Assembly: GCA_023248025.1 (NCBI GenBank)
Contig: JAHFFI010000002.1
Coordinates: 1 to 42,911 of the forward strand
Direction of reading: 5' to 3'
Length of the DNA: 42,911 nucleotides
DNA from: Candidatus Omnitrophota bacterium
GTDB taxonomy: Bacteria > Omnitrophota > Gorgyraeia > 2-02-FULL-51-18
Each line of letters begins with the position of its first letter. The stretch's first letter is position 1. Both the position numbers and the translations under genes were made by a program. Positions 8,570 through 17,035 of the stretch are shown here, piece after piece. The notes under the pieces are model-generated. The model worked only from the letters and a program-made list of their open reading frames with translations. It made no database searches and was not told the DNA's origin.

Positions 8570-8803
8570 ATGAAAAAAGGCATCATTTTATCGGCAATAG
8601 CGTTGGTTTCGTGGGCCTGGGCGCACGCGGGATGCGCGTATGCGCACTCCACCGATGGGGTTGTGGATACAAAAGATTTGGGCCCCATCTCTCTTAATGA
8701 GAAGACCCGCACCGGTAACGAAAAGACCGTGTTCTATCAAGAAGGAAATACAGCCGTCAGCATCAATGAGGACGGGGACCCCAACGTGGGCATGAAGTTC
8801 TAA
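8570..8803 (+). CDS. Small secreted hypothetical protein
   Basis: This 77-aa ORF has a GAGGAG RBS and the signal peptide MKKGIILSAIALVSWAWA. Confidence 0.55.
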   Translation: MKKGIILSAIALVSWAWAHAGCAYAHSTDGVVDTKDLGPISLNEKTRTGNEKTVFYQEGNTAVSINEDGDPNVGMKF

Positions 8804-8805
8804 TT

Positions 8806-9627
8806 TTGCTCCGCTGGGCACTGATAGGGGCGCTTTTTTTTACGCAAACGGCCTTTGCAAGCCCTGCCAAAACTCTGCTCGGGAACTCTTTGACCGTAAG
8901 CGCCCGCTCCGCTGTTATTGTCGACGCCAAAAGCGGAAAAGTGCTTTATGAAAAAAATCCTGGTCTTAAGCTGCCGCCTGCTTCCACTGCTAAACTCATG
9001 ACCGTGCTTGTCGTACTCGAAAAAAAGTCTCCCAGAGAAGAAGTGTTGATAGAAAATTCGGATACGGAAGTCGCCACCTCCAAGGCCGGCCTTACGGCTG
9101 GCGTGAAATACAATGTGGGTGATCTCATTATGGCTACGCTCATCGCTTCTTCCAATGATGCGGCAACCGCGCTGGCAAGACATGTTGCGGGCACGGAAGA
9201 TACGTTTGCCCGACTCATGAATGAAAAAGCGGCTAAGCTTGGTATGCACGACACGCATTTCGTCAATGCTACGGGTCTGCCCGACAAACAAAAAAATCAG
9301 TACTCTACGGCCGGCGATCTGACAAAACTTTTGCGCTATGCTTACCGCGATAAACGCATTGACCGTGTGTTGGAACTCATGACCATTGTGATCCGGGGCA
9401 GCGACGGCAAGGATATTATCCTCAAAAACCATAATAAAATGCTGTGGAAAGAACCGAAATTCGTGAAAGGAAAAACGGGTTGGACGTTCGCCTCGCGCCA
9501 TACGTTTGTTGGGACAAATTTTGGAATAGACAAGAAAATAGCTTTTGCACTGTTGGGTTCAAAAGAGCCTTGGACAGACATCCGGCGCCTGGCCAGCTTC
9601 GGCCTTCTATTGACGAACAAGCGCTAA
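8806..9627 (+). CDS. D-alanyl-D-alanine carboxypeptidase (peptidase S11, low-molecular-weight PBP)
   Basis: It has a signal peptide and the three motifs SxxK (STAK), SxN (SSND) and KTG (KGKTGWT). The start is TTG, so its exact position is uncertain. Confidence 0.85.
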   Translation: MLRWALIGALFFTQTAFASPAKTLLGNSLTVSARSAVIVDAKSGKVLYEKNPGLKLPPASTAKLMTVLVVLEKKSPREEVLIENSDTEVATSKAGLTAGVKYNVGDLIMATLIASSNDAATALARHVAGTEDTFARLMNEKAAKLGMHDTHFVNATGLPDKQKNQYSTAGDLTKLLRYAYRDKRIDRVLELMTIVIRGSDGKDIILKNHNKMLWKEPKFVKGKTGWTFASRHTFVGTNFGIDKKIAFALLGSKEPWTDIRRLASFGLLLTNKR

Positions 9628-10875
9628 ATGCCTCTTTTTGATGTCGTCGTCGTAGGTGCCGGCGCGGCTGGCCTAATGTCTGCCATACAGGCTAAAGTTG
9701 CCGGAGCGAGCGAAGTCCTACTGCTGGATACCCGCATCAAAATTGGCGCCAAGATACTTATTTCGGGCGGCACTCGCTGCAACGTGACCAATAAAAAAGT
9801 AGTTCCTTCCGATTATGAAGGCGGTACGCCTTATTTTATAAAGCACGTGTTATCGGCTTTTTCTGCCGATGAGACCCGGGATTTTTTTGCATCCTTAGGA
9901 GTAGAACTTGTTCTGGAACCCACCGGAAAATACTTTCCGTCCACCCATTCAGGAAAGACCATCCTTCAAGCGCTCATCCGGAGGGGCGAACAGTTGGGGA
10001 TACGCTTGAAAACGGGTGTTCGCATCATCCGAGTGAGGAAAGAAGGAGAGTTCTTTGCTCTTTTTGATGAAGGGCAAAAAAAATATGAAGCAAAAAAGGT
10101 AATTCTGGCAACGGGCGGACTGTCACTGCCGGAAACAGGCAGTGATGGCATGGGATACAACATTGCCAAAGAATTCGGACACACGCTTGTCGAGACAAGT
10201 CCGTCGCTCACGCCTCTTTTGACGGATGACGCCGCATGGCAGAGTTTAAGCGGTGTCAGCCTCGAGACTGAGCTGTCATTTTTCGCCGACGGAAAAAAAT
10301 GCGCCTCAGCCAAAGGGCCGTTCTTATTTACGCATTTTGGCTACAGCGGGCCGGTGGTGCTCGATATCAGCCGTTACTGGATACGCGCCAAAAGATCAGA
10401 CGAGCCCCGGATATTCGCGAATTTTATTCCTCAGGAAAAACAGGAAGTTTGGCAGAAACGCATAATGGAATTTTCCCTGGAGCGTCCGCACAGCCGTATC
10501 AAGAATTTTCTGACGGACGAGGCGGCGCTTCCTGAGCGCTTCGCGGATGTATTCCTTGAAAAATTGAACGCGAACGGGTCTTTGGCCGTGCGAAAAGTAA
10601 AAAAAAGCGACTTAAATCGTTTGATACGCGAATTGATGCACACGCTACTCGCTGTTACGGGCGATATGGGATATAAAAAAGCGGAAGTGACGGCGGGCGG
10701 CATCGATCTTTCGGAAGTGGAACATTCTACCATGCAGTCGAAGCGTGTCAGGGGACTTTACTTTGCGGGCGAAATACTCGATGTCGACGGCCGCATCGGC
10801 GGTTTTAATTTTCAATGGGCCTGGTCCAGTGGTACGATCGCCGGAAAAAGCGCCGCAAAAGCTCCTCTATCATGA
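9628..10875 (+). CDS. NAD(P)/FAD-dependent oxidoreductase of the HI0933/YhiN (BaiN-like) family
   Basis: It has the N-terminal dinucleotide fold DVVVVGAGAAG, plus GGTRCNVTN and a C-terminal GEILDVDGRIGGFNFQWAWSSG. Confidence 0.8.
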   Translation: MPLFDVVVVGAGAAGLMSAIQAKVAGASEVLLLDTRIKIGAKILISGGTRCNVTNKKVVPSDYEGGTPYFIKHVLSAFSADETRDFFASLGVELVLEPTGKYFPSTHSGKTILQALIRRGEQLGIRLKTGVRIIRVRKEGEFFALFDEGQKKYEAKKVILATGGLSLPETGSDGMGYNIAKEFGHTLVETSPSLTPLLTDDAAWQSLSGVSLETELSFFADGKKCASAKGPFLFTHFGYSGPVVLDISRYWIRAKRSDEPRIFANFIPQEKQEVWQKRIMEFSLERPHSRIKNFLTDEAALPERFADVFLEKLNANGSLAVRKVKKSDLNRLIRELMHTLLAVTGDMGYKKAEVTAGGIDLSEVEHSTMQSKRVRGLYFAGEILDVDGRIGGFNFQWAWSSGTIAGKSAAKAPLS

Positions 10876-11438
10876 TCTATCTCTGTTCGACCTCACCGCG
10901 GCGGCGGGCCTTATTAAAAGAAAAAGGTATCGCGTACCGTCTTTTGAAACCCCGATACCATGAAACACCCATCCGCTCTCGGTCGATCACAAAGGGCGTC
11001 AAGCACCACGCGCTCGGAAAAGCCTTGTCCGTGACAGGACTTGTGCCGAACGGCCTCATTCTTGGAGCCGATACGGTCGTGGTCTTTCAAAATAAAGCGG
11101 TCGGAAAGCCGAGAAATATGAAACACGCGCACGAGATCCTGACAAAACTACAGGGGTGTACACACAGTGTTGTCACTGCCGTTGCGCTTCTCAAAATGAA
11201 AGATTCAAAAATAGTCAAACGTGCTATTTTTTCCGTCCGTTCGCACGTGCGCTTGCGGAAAATGGGGCCGAGTGCCATCAAGGATTATTTTAAGAGAATT
11301 TCACCGCTGGACAAGGCGGGTGCTTATGCCGCGCAGGCCGTGAACGCTTTTCCTATCGTCGAGAGAATAACCGGTTCCCATTCGAATGTGGTCGGATTGC
11401 CGATGGAAAAACTCTGTGATACAATGAAACAGTTATGA
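10872..11438 (+). CDS. maf: Maf-like nucleoside triphosphate pyrophosphatase
   Basis: The internal ATG at 10872 overlaps the upstream stop (ATGA). The N-terminus is MIYLCSTSPRRRALL, with ...GADTVV... and ...DKAGAYAAQ... further on. Confidence 0.85.
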   Translation: MIYLCSTSPRRRALLKEKGIAYRLLKPRYHETPIRSRSITKGVKHHALGKALSVTGLVPNGLILGADTVVVFQNKAVGKPRNMKHAHEILTKLQGCTHSVVTAVALLKMKDSKIVKRAIFSVRSHVRLRKMGPSAIKDYFKRISPLDKAGAYAAQAVNAFPIVERITGSHSNVVGLPMEKLCDTMKQL

Positions 11439-11908
11439 GCGAAAAAACCCCACTTACGCGCGACGGTTACGACAAAATAGTCAAAGAGATCGAGTATCTC
11501 AAGAGCATCAAAAGACGCGAGATTGCCGAAGATATCTCACGCGCCCGCGCGTTTGGTGACCTGAAAGAGAATGCCGAGTATGACGCCGCCAAGAATAGTC
11601 AGGCGCACAACGAAAGAAAGATAGCTGATCTCCAGGACCGCTTGGCCAATTCCCAGATCATTGATGAGTCCAAGATCGCGAAAGATCAGATCCTCATCGG
11701 GGCTATAGCGCTGCTGAAGGATTTAGATACTAAAGAAGAAATAACCTACACGATGGTCACTCAGGACGAGGTTAATTTTGATGAAGGAAAGATTTCCGTG
11801 ACATCGCCAATTGCAAAGGGCTTATTGGGAAAGAAAGTTGGCGATACCGCCGAGATTAAAATTCCTGCCGGGGTTCTTCACTACAAAGTTCTAAAGATCT
11901 CCCGCTAA
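11435..11908 (+). CDS. greA: Transcription elongation factor GreA
   Basis: The 157-aa product contains LKENAEYDAAK and a C-terminal S...SPIAKGLLGKKVGD. Confidence 0.9.
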   Translation: MSEKTPLTRDGYDKIVKEIEYLKSIKRREIAEDISRARAFGDLKENAEYDAAKNSQAHNERKIADLQDRLANSQIIDESKIAKDQILIGAIALLKDLDTKEEITYTMVTQDEVNFDEGKISVTSPIAKGLLGKKVGDTAEIKIPAGVLHYKVLKISR

Positions 11909-12863
11909 AATCTTCTATAATTTTTCGCAATTCCTTGGTATCGGTGCAAGTGTTTATCTTCCCACGAAATTCCGCGGATCCCGGCAGACCCTTGATGTAC
12001 CAGCAGGCGATTTTGCGCATGAGGAGGACTGCCGTGCGTTCGTCGCGGTGTTCGAGTTCAAGGTCGAAATGTTTCAAAAGTGTTTTTTTCTTTTCTTCGA
12101 ATGAAGGCTCAAGTAACGCTGTTTTTCCTTCAAGTGCGTTTTGAACATTTTTAAATATCCACGGATTTCCCAGACCCCCTCGCCCGATCATCACTGCGTC
12201 ACAGCCCGTTTCGTTTTTCATTCGCAGAGCGTCGTCACCCGAATTAATATCGCCGTTCCCGATGACGGGGATCTTCACAGCTTCTTTCACGCGCCGGATG
12301 GCACTGTAATCCGCAAAACCTGAATAGCCCTGTTTTCTGGTGCGGCCGTGGAGTGCCACGGCAGATAGTCCGCAGTCTTCGGCGATTTTAGCAATAGTGA
12401 CGGCTTCACAGCCTGTTTCATCCTCGCAGCCTTTTCGCATTTTTACGGTTACGGGAATGCGCTTGATAGCTTTTACGACAGCGGTAAAAATATTCCTGGC
12501 TTCTTCCGGCTTTGAAAGCAAAGCGGAGCCGGCGCCTTTGCCCGCGACTTTGGGAACGGGACAGCCCATATTGATATCTAAAAGGTCATAGCCCATGTCT
12601 TCTATCATGCGTGCGGCATCAGCCATGGCTTCGGGGCGCCAACCCACAATCTGCGCTCCGAGAGGCTTGTCTTTTTCCACAGTTTTCATGATTTCCCCGG
12701 TGGCTTCGTGCCCACGCACCATGGATTCGGCAGCGACCATCTCTAAAAAGCAGAATTCCATGCCATGTTCGCGAGCCAGAAGGCGATAGGCGAGGTCTGT
12801 GCATCCCGCCATAGGGGATTGGATGATATCCGTTTTAAGCGTGAGAGATTTAAGTCGAAGCAT
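11856..12863 (-). CDS. dusB: tRNA-dihydrouridine synthase
   Basis: It has SPMAGCTDLAYR, a TIM-barrel Dus signature, and a catalytic Cys in NMGCP. Its 3' end overlaps the greA 3' end by 53 nt. Confidence 0.9.
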   Translation of the reverse strand: MLRLKSLTLKTDIIQSPMAGCTDLAYRLLAREHGMEFCFLEMVAAESMVRGHEATGEIMKTVEKDKPLGAQIVGWRPEAMADAARMIEDMGYDLLDINMGCPVPKVAGKGAGSALLSKPEEARNIFTAVVKAIKRIPVTVKMRKGCEDETGCEAVTIAKIAEDCGLSAVALHGRTRKQGYSGFADYSAIRRVKEAVKIPVIGNGDINSGDDALRMKNETGCDAVMIGRGGLGNPWIFKNVQNALEGKTALLEPSFEEKKKTLLKHFDLELEHRDERTAVLLMRKIACWYIKGLPGSAEFRGKINTCTDTKELRKIIEDFSGRSLELCSEEPRQEF

Positions 12864-12911
12864 GGAAGCAATTTTAGCACAAACAGGCTAACCTGTCCCT
12901 TTTTCGCCATT

Positions 12912-13330
12912 CCGGACCGGGTCCGGGGGGTGCTTCCGACAGAGCCTGACTCGTAGGCGCCCTTGCCAGCTCCCGGACCCCGGAAGTGGTCCTTTGGGTC
13001 GACGTCTCAATTTCCCCTCCGAGGAAATTGAGACTCCGTTAAAGTTTGCGCGTGTGTAAGAGTAGGCTTCCATGGCGCGCAAACTTCAAAGGCGCCCCCA
13101 AGGACCACTTCCGGGGCCCTGTACCATTCGCTAATGTGTGTTCTATTTAAGACCTAAGAGAACCCGACGGGTGGCGAAGGGAATGCTCTATTTGCCCGGA
13201 GCCGCTAATAGACGGCGAGTCCGCCAGAGGACGGATCCGTCCACAAATCGCTCGTGCGATTTGATGGCGGAGACAAATAGACCTCGTCCTTTGACAGGCC
13301 CCGTCGGTTACTTGGATTAATGGGTCCGAA
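12912..13330 (-). repeat. Structured repeat element, copy A (sense is the minus strand)
   Basis: Its reverse complement is collinear with copies B, C and D and contains all conserved blocks plus the 52-nt Y-shaped insertion. It lies between the divergent dusB and typA genes, in the same sense as dusB. Confidence 0.8.
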
Positions 13331-13445
13331 AGAACCTCCTCCGGAAGCTAGCGACACTATCCGGTGGTTGAGTATTTGGGAAATATTGATTAATATGACA
13401 ATTAATTTGCTTATAGGTTGAAAATTATGGTACCTTGTACGACTT

Positions 13446-15269
13446 ATGAGTTCAGAGATTAAGATTAGAAATATAGCCATTGTAGCCCATGTCGACCACG
13501 GAAAGACCACGCTTGTTGATGCTATCCTGCGCCAGACCCACGTTCACCGCAACATTGAAGAGATGGGCGAGCGCATCATGGACTCGATGGATCTGGAGCG
13601 TGAGCGCGGCATCACCATCAAGGCTAAGAATGCCAGCGTCATTTATAAAGACGTGAAGGTTAATATAGTGGACACCCCCGGGCACGCGGATTTTGGTGGC
13701 GAAGTCGAGCGCACACTTCGCATGGTGGATGGAGTGCTTCTCGTTATCGACGCCAAAGACGGTCCGATGCCGCAAACTCGCTTTGTATTAAGGAAGGCGC
13801 TTGAGCTTGGCCTTCGCGCCATCGTCGTAATCAATAAAGTCGACAGACCAGATTCGCAAACGGACGACGTCGTAAACCGAACCTTTGATCTTTTCTGTGA
13901 GCTGGGCGCCAGCGAAGACCAGCTTGATTTTCCTATCGTGTATGCCTCGGCTTTAAAAGGCACGGCGTCGCTAGACAGTCACAAGCAGACCGACAATATC
14001 AATCCACTCATGGACACCATCCTTGCGCATGTTCCTGCGCCCCGAGCAAGCCAGGCCGACCCTTTGCAAATTTTAGTTTTAGCTCTGGCCCAGGACTCTT
14101 ATAAAGGAATGATGGGTATCGGAAAGATCACCGGCGGTGTTTTAAAGAAAGGCACCAACGTACTTCTCATTCGCCGCGATGGCACAAAAATAGTTTCCAA
14201 AGTGACAAACATATTGGCGTACCAAGGACTTGAGCGTGTGGAAATTGAAGAAGCAGGCGCGGGCGACATTGTAGCCGTGGCTGGTTTTGAAAAAATCAGC
14301 ATCGGTGAAACGATGACGGATCCTGAAAATCCCAGGCCACTTCAGCCGCCAGCCATTGACGAACCGACTGTGCAGATGACATTCGCTGTGAACACCAGTC
14401 CTTTTTCAGGTCGTGAGGGCAAATACGTGACTTCACGTGTGATTCGTGACCGCTTGTGGAAAGAATTAGAGACAAACGTTTCCTTGCGTGTCACGGAAAC
14501 GGACAGCCCCGATACTTTTCTCGTATCCGGTCGAGGAGAACTTCACCTGGCTATTTTAATTGAAACGATGCGCCGCGAAGGCTACGAGATGCAGGTTTCT
14601 CAGCCGGTGGTTATTTTGCGCGAAAAAAACGGTGTCAAACAGGAACCCTTTGAACTTCTTATGATTGATGCTCCGTCGCAATATCAGGGCACCGTTATGG
14701 AAGAGATCGGCCGCCGCAAGGGCATTATCAAAAATATGACGCAAGCGCCTACGGGTGAAATGCATTTCGAGTACCAGATCCCGACACGCGGTGTCATCGG
14801 CCTAAAAGGCGCGCTTATGACAAAAACACGCGGCACAGCCATTATGAACCACGTGTTTGACGAATATAAACCGCTGGCCGAGGCGATAAACCAACTTTCC
14901 CATGGTTCGTTGATCGCCAGCGAAACAGGCGAAACGAGCGCCTACGGTCTCTGCAACGCCCAGGAACGCGGTGAGCTTTTTATTGGCCCGGGCGTGAACG
15001 TTTATATGGGAATGATCATCGGCGAAAATTCGCGGGATGAAGATCTCGATATCAGTCCCTGTAAAACCAAAAAATTAACAAACATGCGTTCGGTCGGCAC
15101 CGACGACGCGCTGACACTGACTCCTCCGCGCGAACTGCCGCTGGAACTTGCCATTGAATACATCGGTCCCGATGAGCTCGTTGAGGTCACTCCGAAAAAT
15201 ATCCGCCTGCGCAAGAAGTCACTAGACCCCACGCTCAGAAAGCGCGTTCGCCGCCAACAGGAGGTTTAA
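13446..15269 (+). CDS. typA: Translational GTPase TypA/BipA
   Basis: It has [17 protein letters not shown] and NKVD, and its 607-aa length is typical. Confidence 0.95.
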   Translation: MSSEIKIRNIAIVAHVDHGKTTLVDAILRQTHVHRNIEEMGERIMDSMDLERERGITIKAKNASVIYKDVKVNIVDTPGHADFGGEVERTLRMVDGVLLVIDAKDGPMPQTRFVLRKALELGLRAIVVINKVDRPDSQTDDVVNRTFDLFCELGASEDQLDFPIVYASALKGTASLDSHKQTDNINPLMDTILAHVPAPRASQADPLQILVLALAQDSYKGMMGIGKITGGVLKKGTNVLLIRRDGTKIVSKVTNILAYQGLERVEIEEAGAGDIVAVAGFEKISIGETMTDPENPRPLQPPAIDEPTVQMTFAVNTSPFSGREGKYVTSRVIRDRLWKELETNVSLRVTETDSPDTFLVSGRGELHLAILIETMRREGYEMQVSQPVVILREKNGVKQEPFELLMIDAPSQYQGTVMEEIGRRKGIIKNMTQAPTGEMHFEYQIPTRGVIGLKGALMTKTRGTAIMNHVFDEYKPLAEAINQLSHGSLIASETGETSAYGLCNAQERGELFIGPGVNVYMGMIIGENSRDEDLDISPCKTKKLTNMRSVGTDDALTLTPPRELPLELAIEYIGPDELVEVTPKNIRLRKKSLDPTLRKRVRRQQEV

Positions 15270-16015
15270 TGCCTGCTGAATCCAAAAAAGAACGTCTGCA
15301 AGTGGTGCTGGCCCATTTTGGCATCGCCAGCCGCCGTGGCGTTGTTGAGATGATTGAGGCCGGTCAAGTCTCTGTGAACGGTGAAGCGGTGAAAGAAAAA
15401 GGTTTCCGTGTCGATCCCTTGCACGACAAGATCACCGTGGACGGCAAACTGCTTGAAACCGCCGCTCCGCAAAAAAAACGCTATTTTATTTTTAATAAAC
15501 CCAAAGGCGTCATGACGACGCTGCAAGACCCCAACGCCGAATCCACGGTCGCAGATTTTTTTAAAGACATTCCCGAGCGGATCTTTCCGGTCGGGCGTCT
15601 TGACCGAGACACCACGGGACTTTTAATTCTTACCAATGACGGTGAGCTTTCATTTCGTTTGACGCATCCCAAATTTGGCGTCGCCAAACATTACCGCGCG
15701 GTCGTTCGCGGCATCGTAACTGACGAGAAGATCAAATACCTAGAAAAAGGCGTAGAGCTGGAAGAGGGGATGACTTCACCCTGTAAAATTAAAATTGAAG
15801 AAAAAAGTCCCCGACAGACCGTGCTTCTCGTGACTCTGCACGAAGGCAAAAAACGGCAGATACGCAGGATCTTTCAGAAAGTCGGACATTTCGTGAAAGA
15901 TTTAAACCGTATCAGTTACGGGCCGTTAGCGCTCGGTTCATTAGAAGAAGGCCGACGCCGCGAACTCACCGCAAGAGAAGTAAAAACACTCTACGAAGCA
16001 ACGGGAAAGAAATAA
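15269..16015 (+). CDS. rluB: Pseudouridine synthase (RsuA/RluB family) with an N-terminal S4 domain
   Basis: It has an S4 domain and the catalytic motif GRLDRDTTGLLILTNDG. Confidence 0.85.
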   Translation: MPAESKKERLQVVLAHFGIASRRGVVEMIEAGQVSVNGEAVKEKGFRVDPLHDKITVDGKLLETAAPQKKRYFIFNKPKGVMTTLQDPNAESTVADFFKDIPERIFPVGRLDRDTTGLLILTNDGELSFRLTHPKFGVAKHYRAVVRGIVTDEKIKYLEKGVELEEGMTSPCKIKIEEKSPRQTVLLVTLHEGKKRQIRRIFQKVGHFVKDLNRISYGPLALGSLEEGRRRELTAREVKTLYEATGKK

Positions 16016-16036
16016 CCAATCCGATAAAGCTCTCCC

Positions 16037-16457
16037 AGGCTCTATTCAATAACCTAACCGCCGGGTCCTGTCAAAGGACAAGGTCTATTTGTCTCCGCCA
16101 TCAAATCGCACGAGCGATTTGTGGACGGATCCGTCCTCTGGCGGACTCGCCGTCTATTAGCGGCTCCGGGCAAATAGAGCATTCCCTTCGCCACCCTCGG
16201 GTTGCCTTGGTCTTAGATAGAGCACACATTAGCGAATGGTCTAGGACCCCGGAAGTGGTCCTTGGGGGCGCGTTTGTCGTTTGCGAGCCATGGAGACCCA
16301 CTTTCACACACGCGCAAACTTTAACGGAGTCTCAATTTCCTCGGAGGGGAAATTGAGACGTCGACCCAAAGGACTACTTCCGGGGTCCGGGACCTGGCAA
16401 TGGGTGTTCTTCGGGAGCGGGCAGGCCCCGTCGGTTACTTGGATTGATGGACCCGAT
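16037..16457 (+). repeat. Structured repeat element, copy B (full length, plus sense)
   Basis: Both terminal inverted repeats are present (16054-16070 and 16422-16438, with their extensions). It also carries the 24-bp internal helix and the 52-nt insertion. Confidence 0.8.
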
Positions 16458-16461
16458 AATA

Positions 16462-16490
16462 GTGCCAGAGGGGTCTGACCCCTCTGGCAC
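16462..16490. terminator. Perfect 12-bp GC-rich hairpin, possibly a bidirectional terminator
   Basis: The stem GTGCCAGAGGGG/CCCCTCTGGCAC has the loop TCTGA. It sits between the end of repeat B and the 3' end of the convergent 74-aa gene. The flanking U-tracts are weak. Confidence 0.45.
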
Positions 16491-16531
16491 CTGATGAAAA
16501 CTGCGTTTTCCTTTATTTATGGGCGATGCAC

Positions 16532-16756
16532 TTACCCAGGTGAGCGTCTGGGATCCTCGAGCAGGTCCTGGATCTCGAATTCGGCCGCTCCAAATTCACG
16601 GGCGACTCCGATAAGCTCGGGGCAGTTCTCGTACTGCTGCCGCTCAAGAGCTTCTTTGAGATAGAGCAGGGCCGTCAGCTTTATTGGGTGTTTTTCCACA
16701 AGGGTTCTCCTGTTGTTATTTGAGTTAAAACTCGCATAGGGCATTGTTTTGATCAT
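16532..16756 (-). CDS. Hypothetical 74-aa protein
   Basis: An AGGAGG RBS lies 5 nt upstream of the ATG. I do not recognise the family. Confidence 0.55.
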   Translation of the reverse strand: MIKTMPYASFNSNNNRRTLVEKHPIKLTALLYLKEALERQQYENCPELIGVAREFGAAEFEIQDLLEDPRRSPG

Positions 16757-16793
16757 CTCTTCCTCCTGTTGTGAAACGTTCTTAAAATGAAAA

Positions 16794-16818
16794 AACCCAC
16801 TACTTTTTGTAGTGGGTT
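16794..16818 (-). terminator. Intrinsic terminator (attenuator) between the leader ORF and the 74-aa gene
   Basis: On the minus strand the stem AACCCACTAC/GTAGTGGGTT has an AAAAA loop and is followed by TTTT. Its 5' arm can alternatively pair with AGTGGGTTGGG (16867-16877) over 11 bp. Confidence 0.6.
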
Positions 16819-16853
16819 GGGGAAATGCTATCGAGCCGAACTAGATGCTTACT

Positions 16854-16985
16854 TTAGAGATCTCCTCCCAACCCACTGTCTGTGCGCTTGTGCATGCAAT
16901 AATGACAAAGCACCGGCGTCGCAGGGCGTACAATAGCCGCGCGCCAGAAAGACAATACGTTGAGTTTTTGAGAGTTAAGTGACAT
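16854..16985 (-). CDS. Candidate 43-aa leader peptide (MSLNSQKLNVLSFWRAAIVRPATPVLCHYCMHKRTDSGLGGDL)
   Basis: It is too short to appear in the ORF track. The ATG follows AAGGAA and lies about 15 nt after the predicted TSS. Its last codons overlap the antiterminator arm. Confidence 0.3.
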   Translation of the reverse strand: MSLNSQKLNVLSFWRAAIVRPATPVLCHYCMHKRTDSGLGGDL

Positions 16986-17007
16986 CTAATTTCCTTTAAT
17001 AGTCAGT

Positions 17008-17035
17008 ATTATACCCCAATTTTTTTATTTGTCAA
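17008..17035 (-). promoter_or_regulatory. Near-consensus sigma70 promoter
   Basis: The minus strand reads TTGACA (17030-17035), a 16-nt spacer, then TATAAT (17008-17013). It overlaps the stop codon of the ABC-2 permease gene. Confidence 0.7.

Noticed and set aside
13330-13445. I looked for a typA promoter in the AT-rich stretch (TTGATTAATATGACAATTAATTTGCTTATAGG).
   Set aside because: Several partial -35 and -10 hexamers are present, but none has a convincing 16-18-nt spacing. I therefore did not call a feature.
16281-16478. A short ORF inside the structured repeats stays open in the same relative frame in copies A (12888-13082, minus), B (16281-16478) and C (24632-24943). It encodes ...SISSEGKLRRRPKGLLPGSG...
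   Set aside because: - It has no Shine-Dalgarno, and in copy B it starts at TTG.
- The differences between copies are paired nucleotide changes that preserve hairpins while scrambling the peptide (TRANFNGVSI versus HEPISTEREI).
- The conserved 'residues' coincide with helix arms.
- RNA or DNA structure explains the pattern better than coding does, although a micro-peptide cannot be fully excluded.
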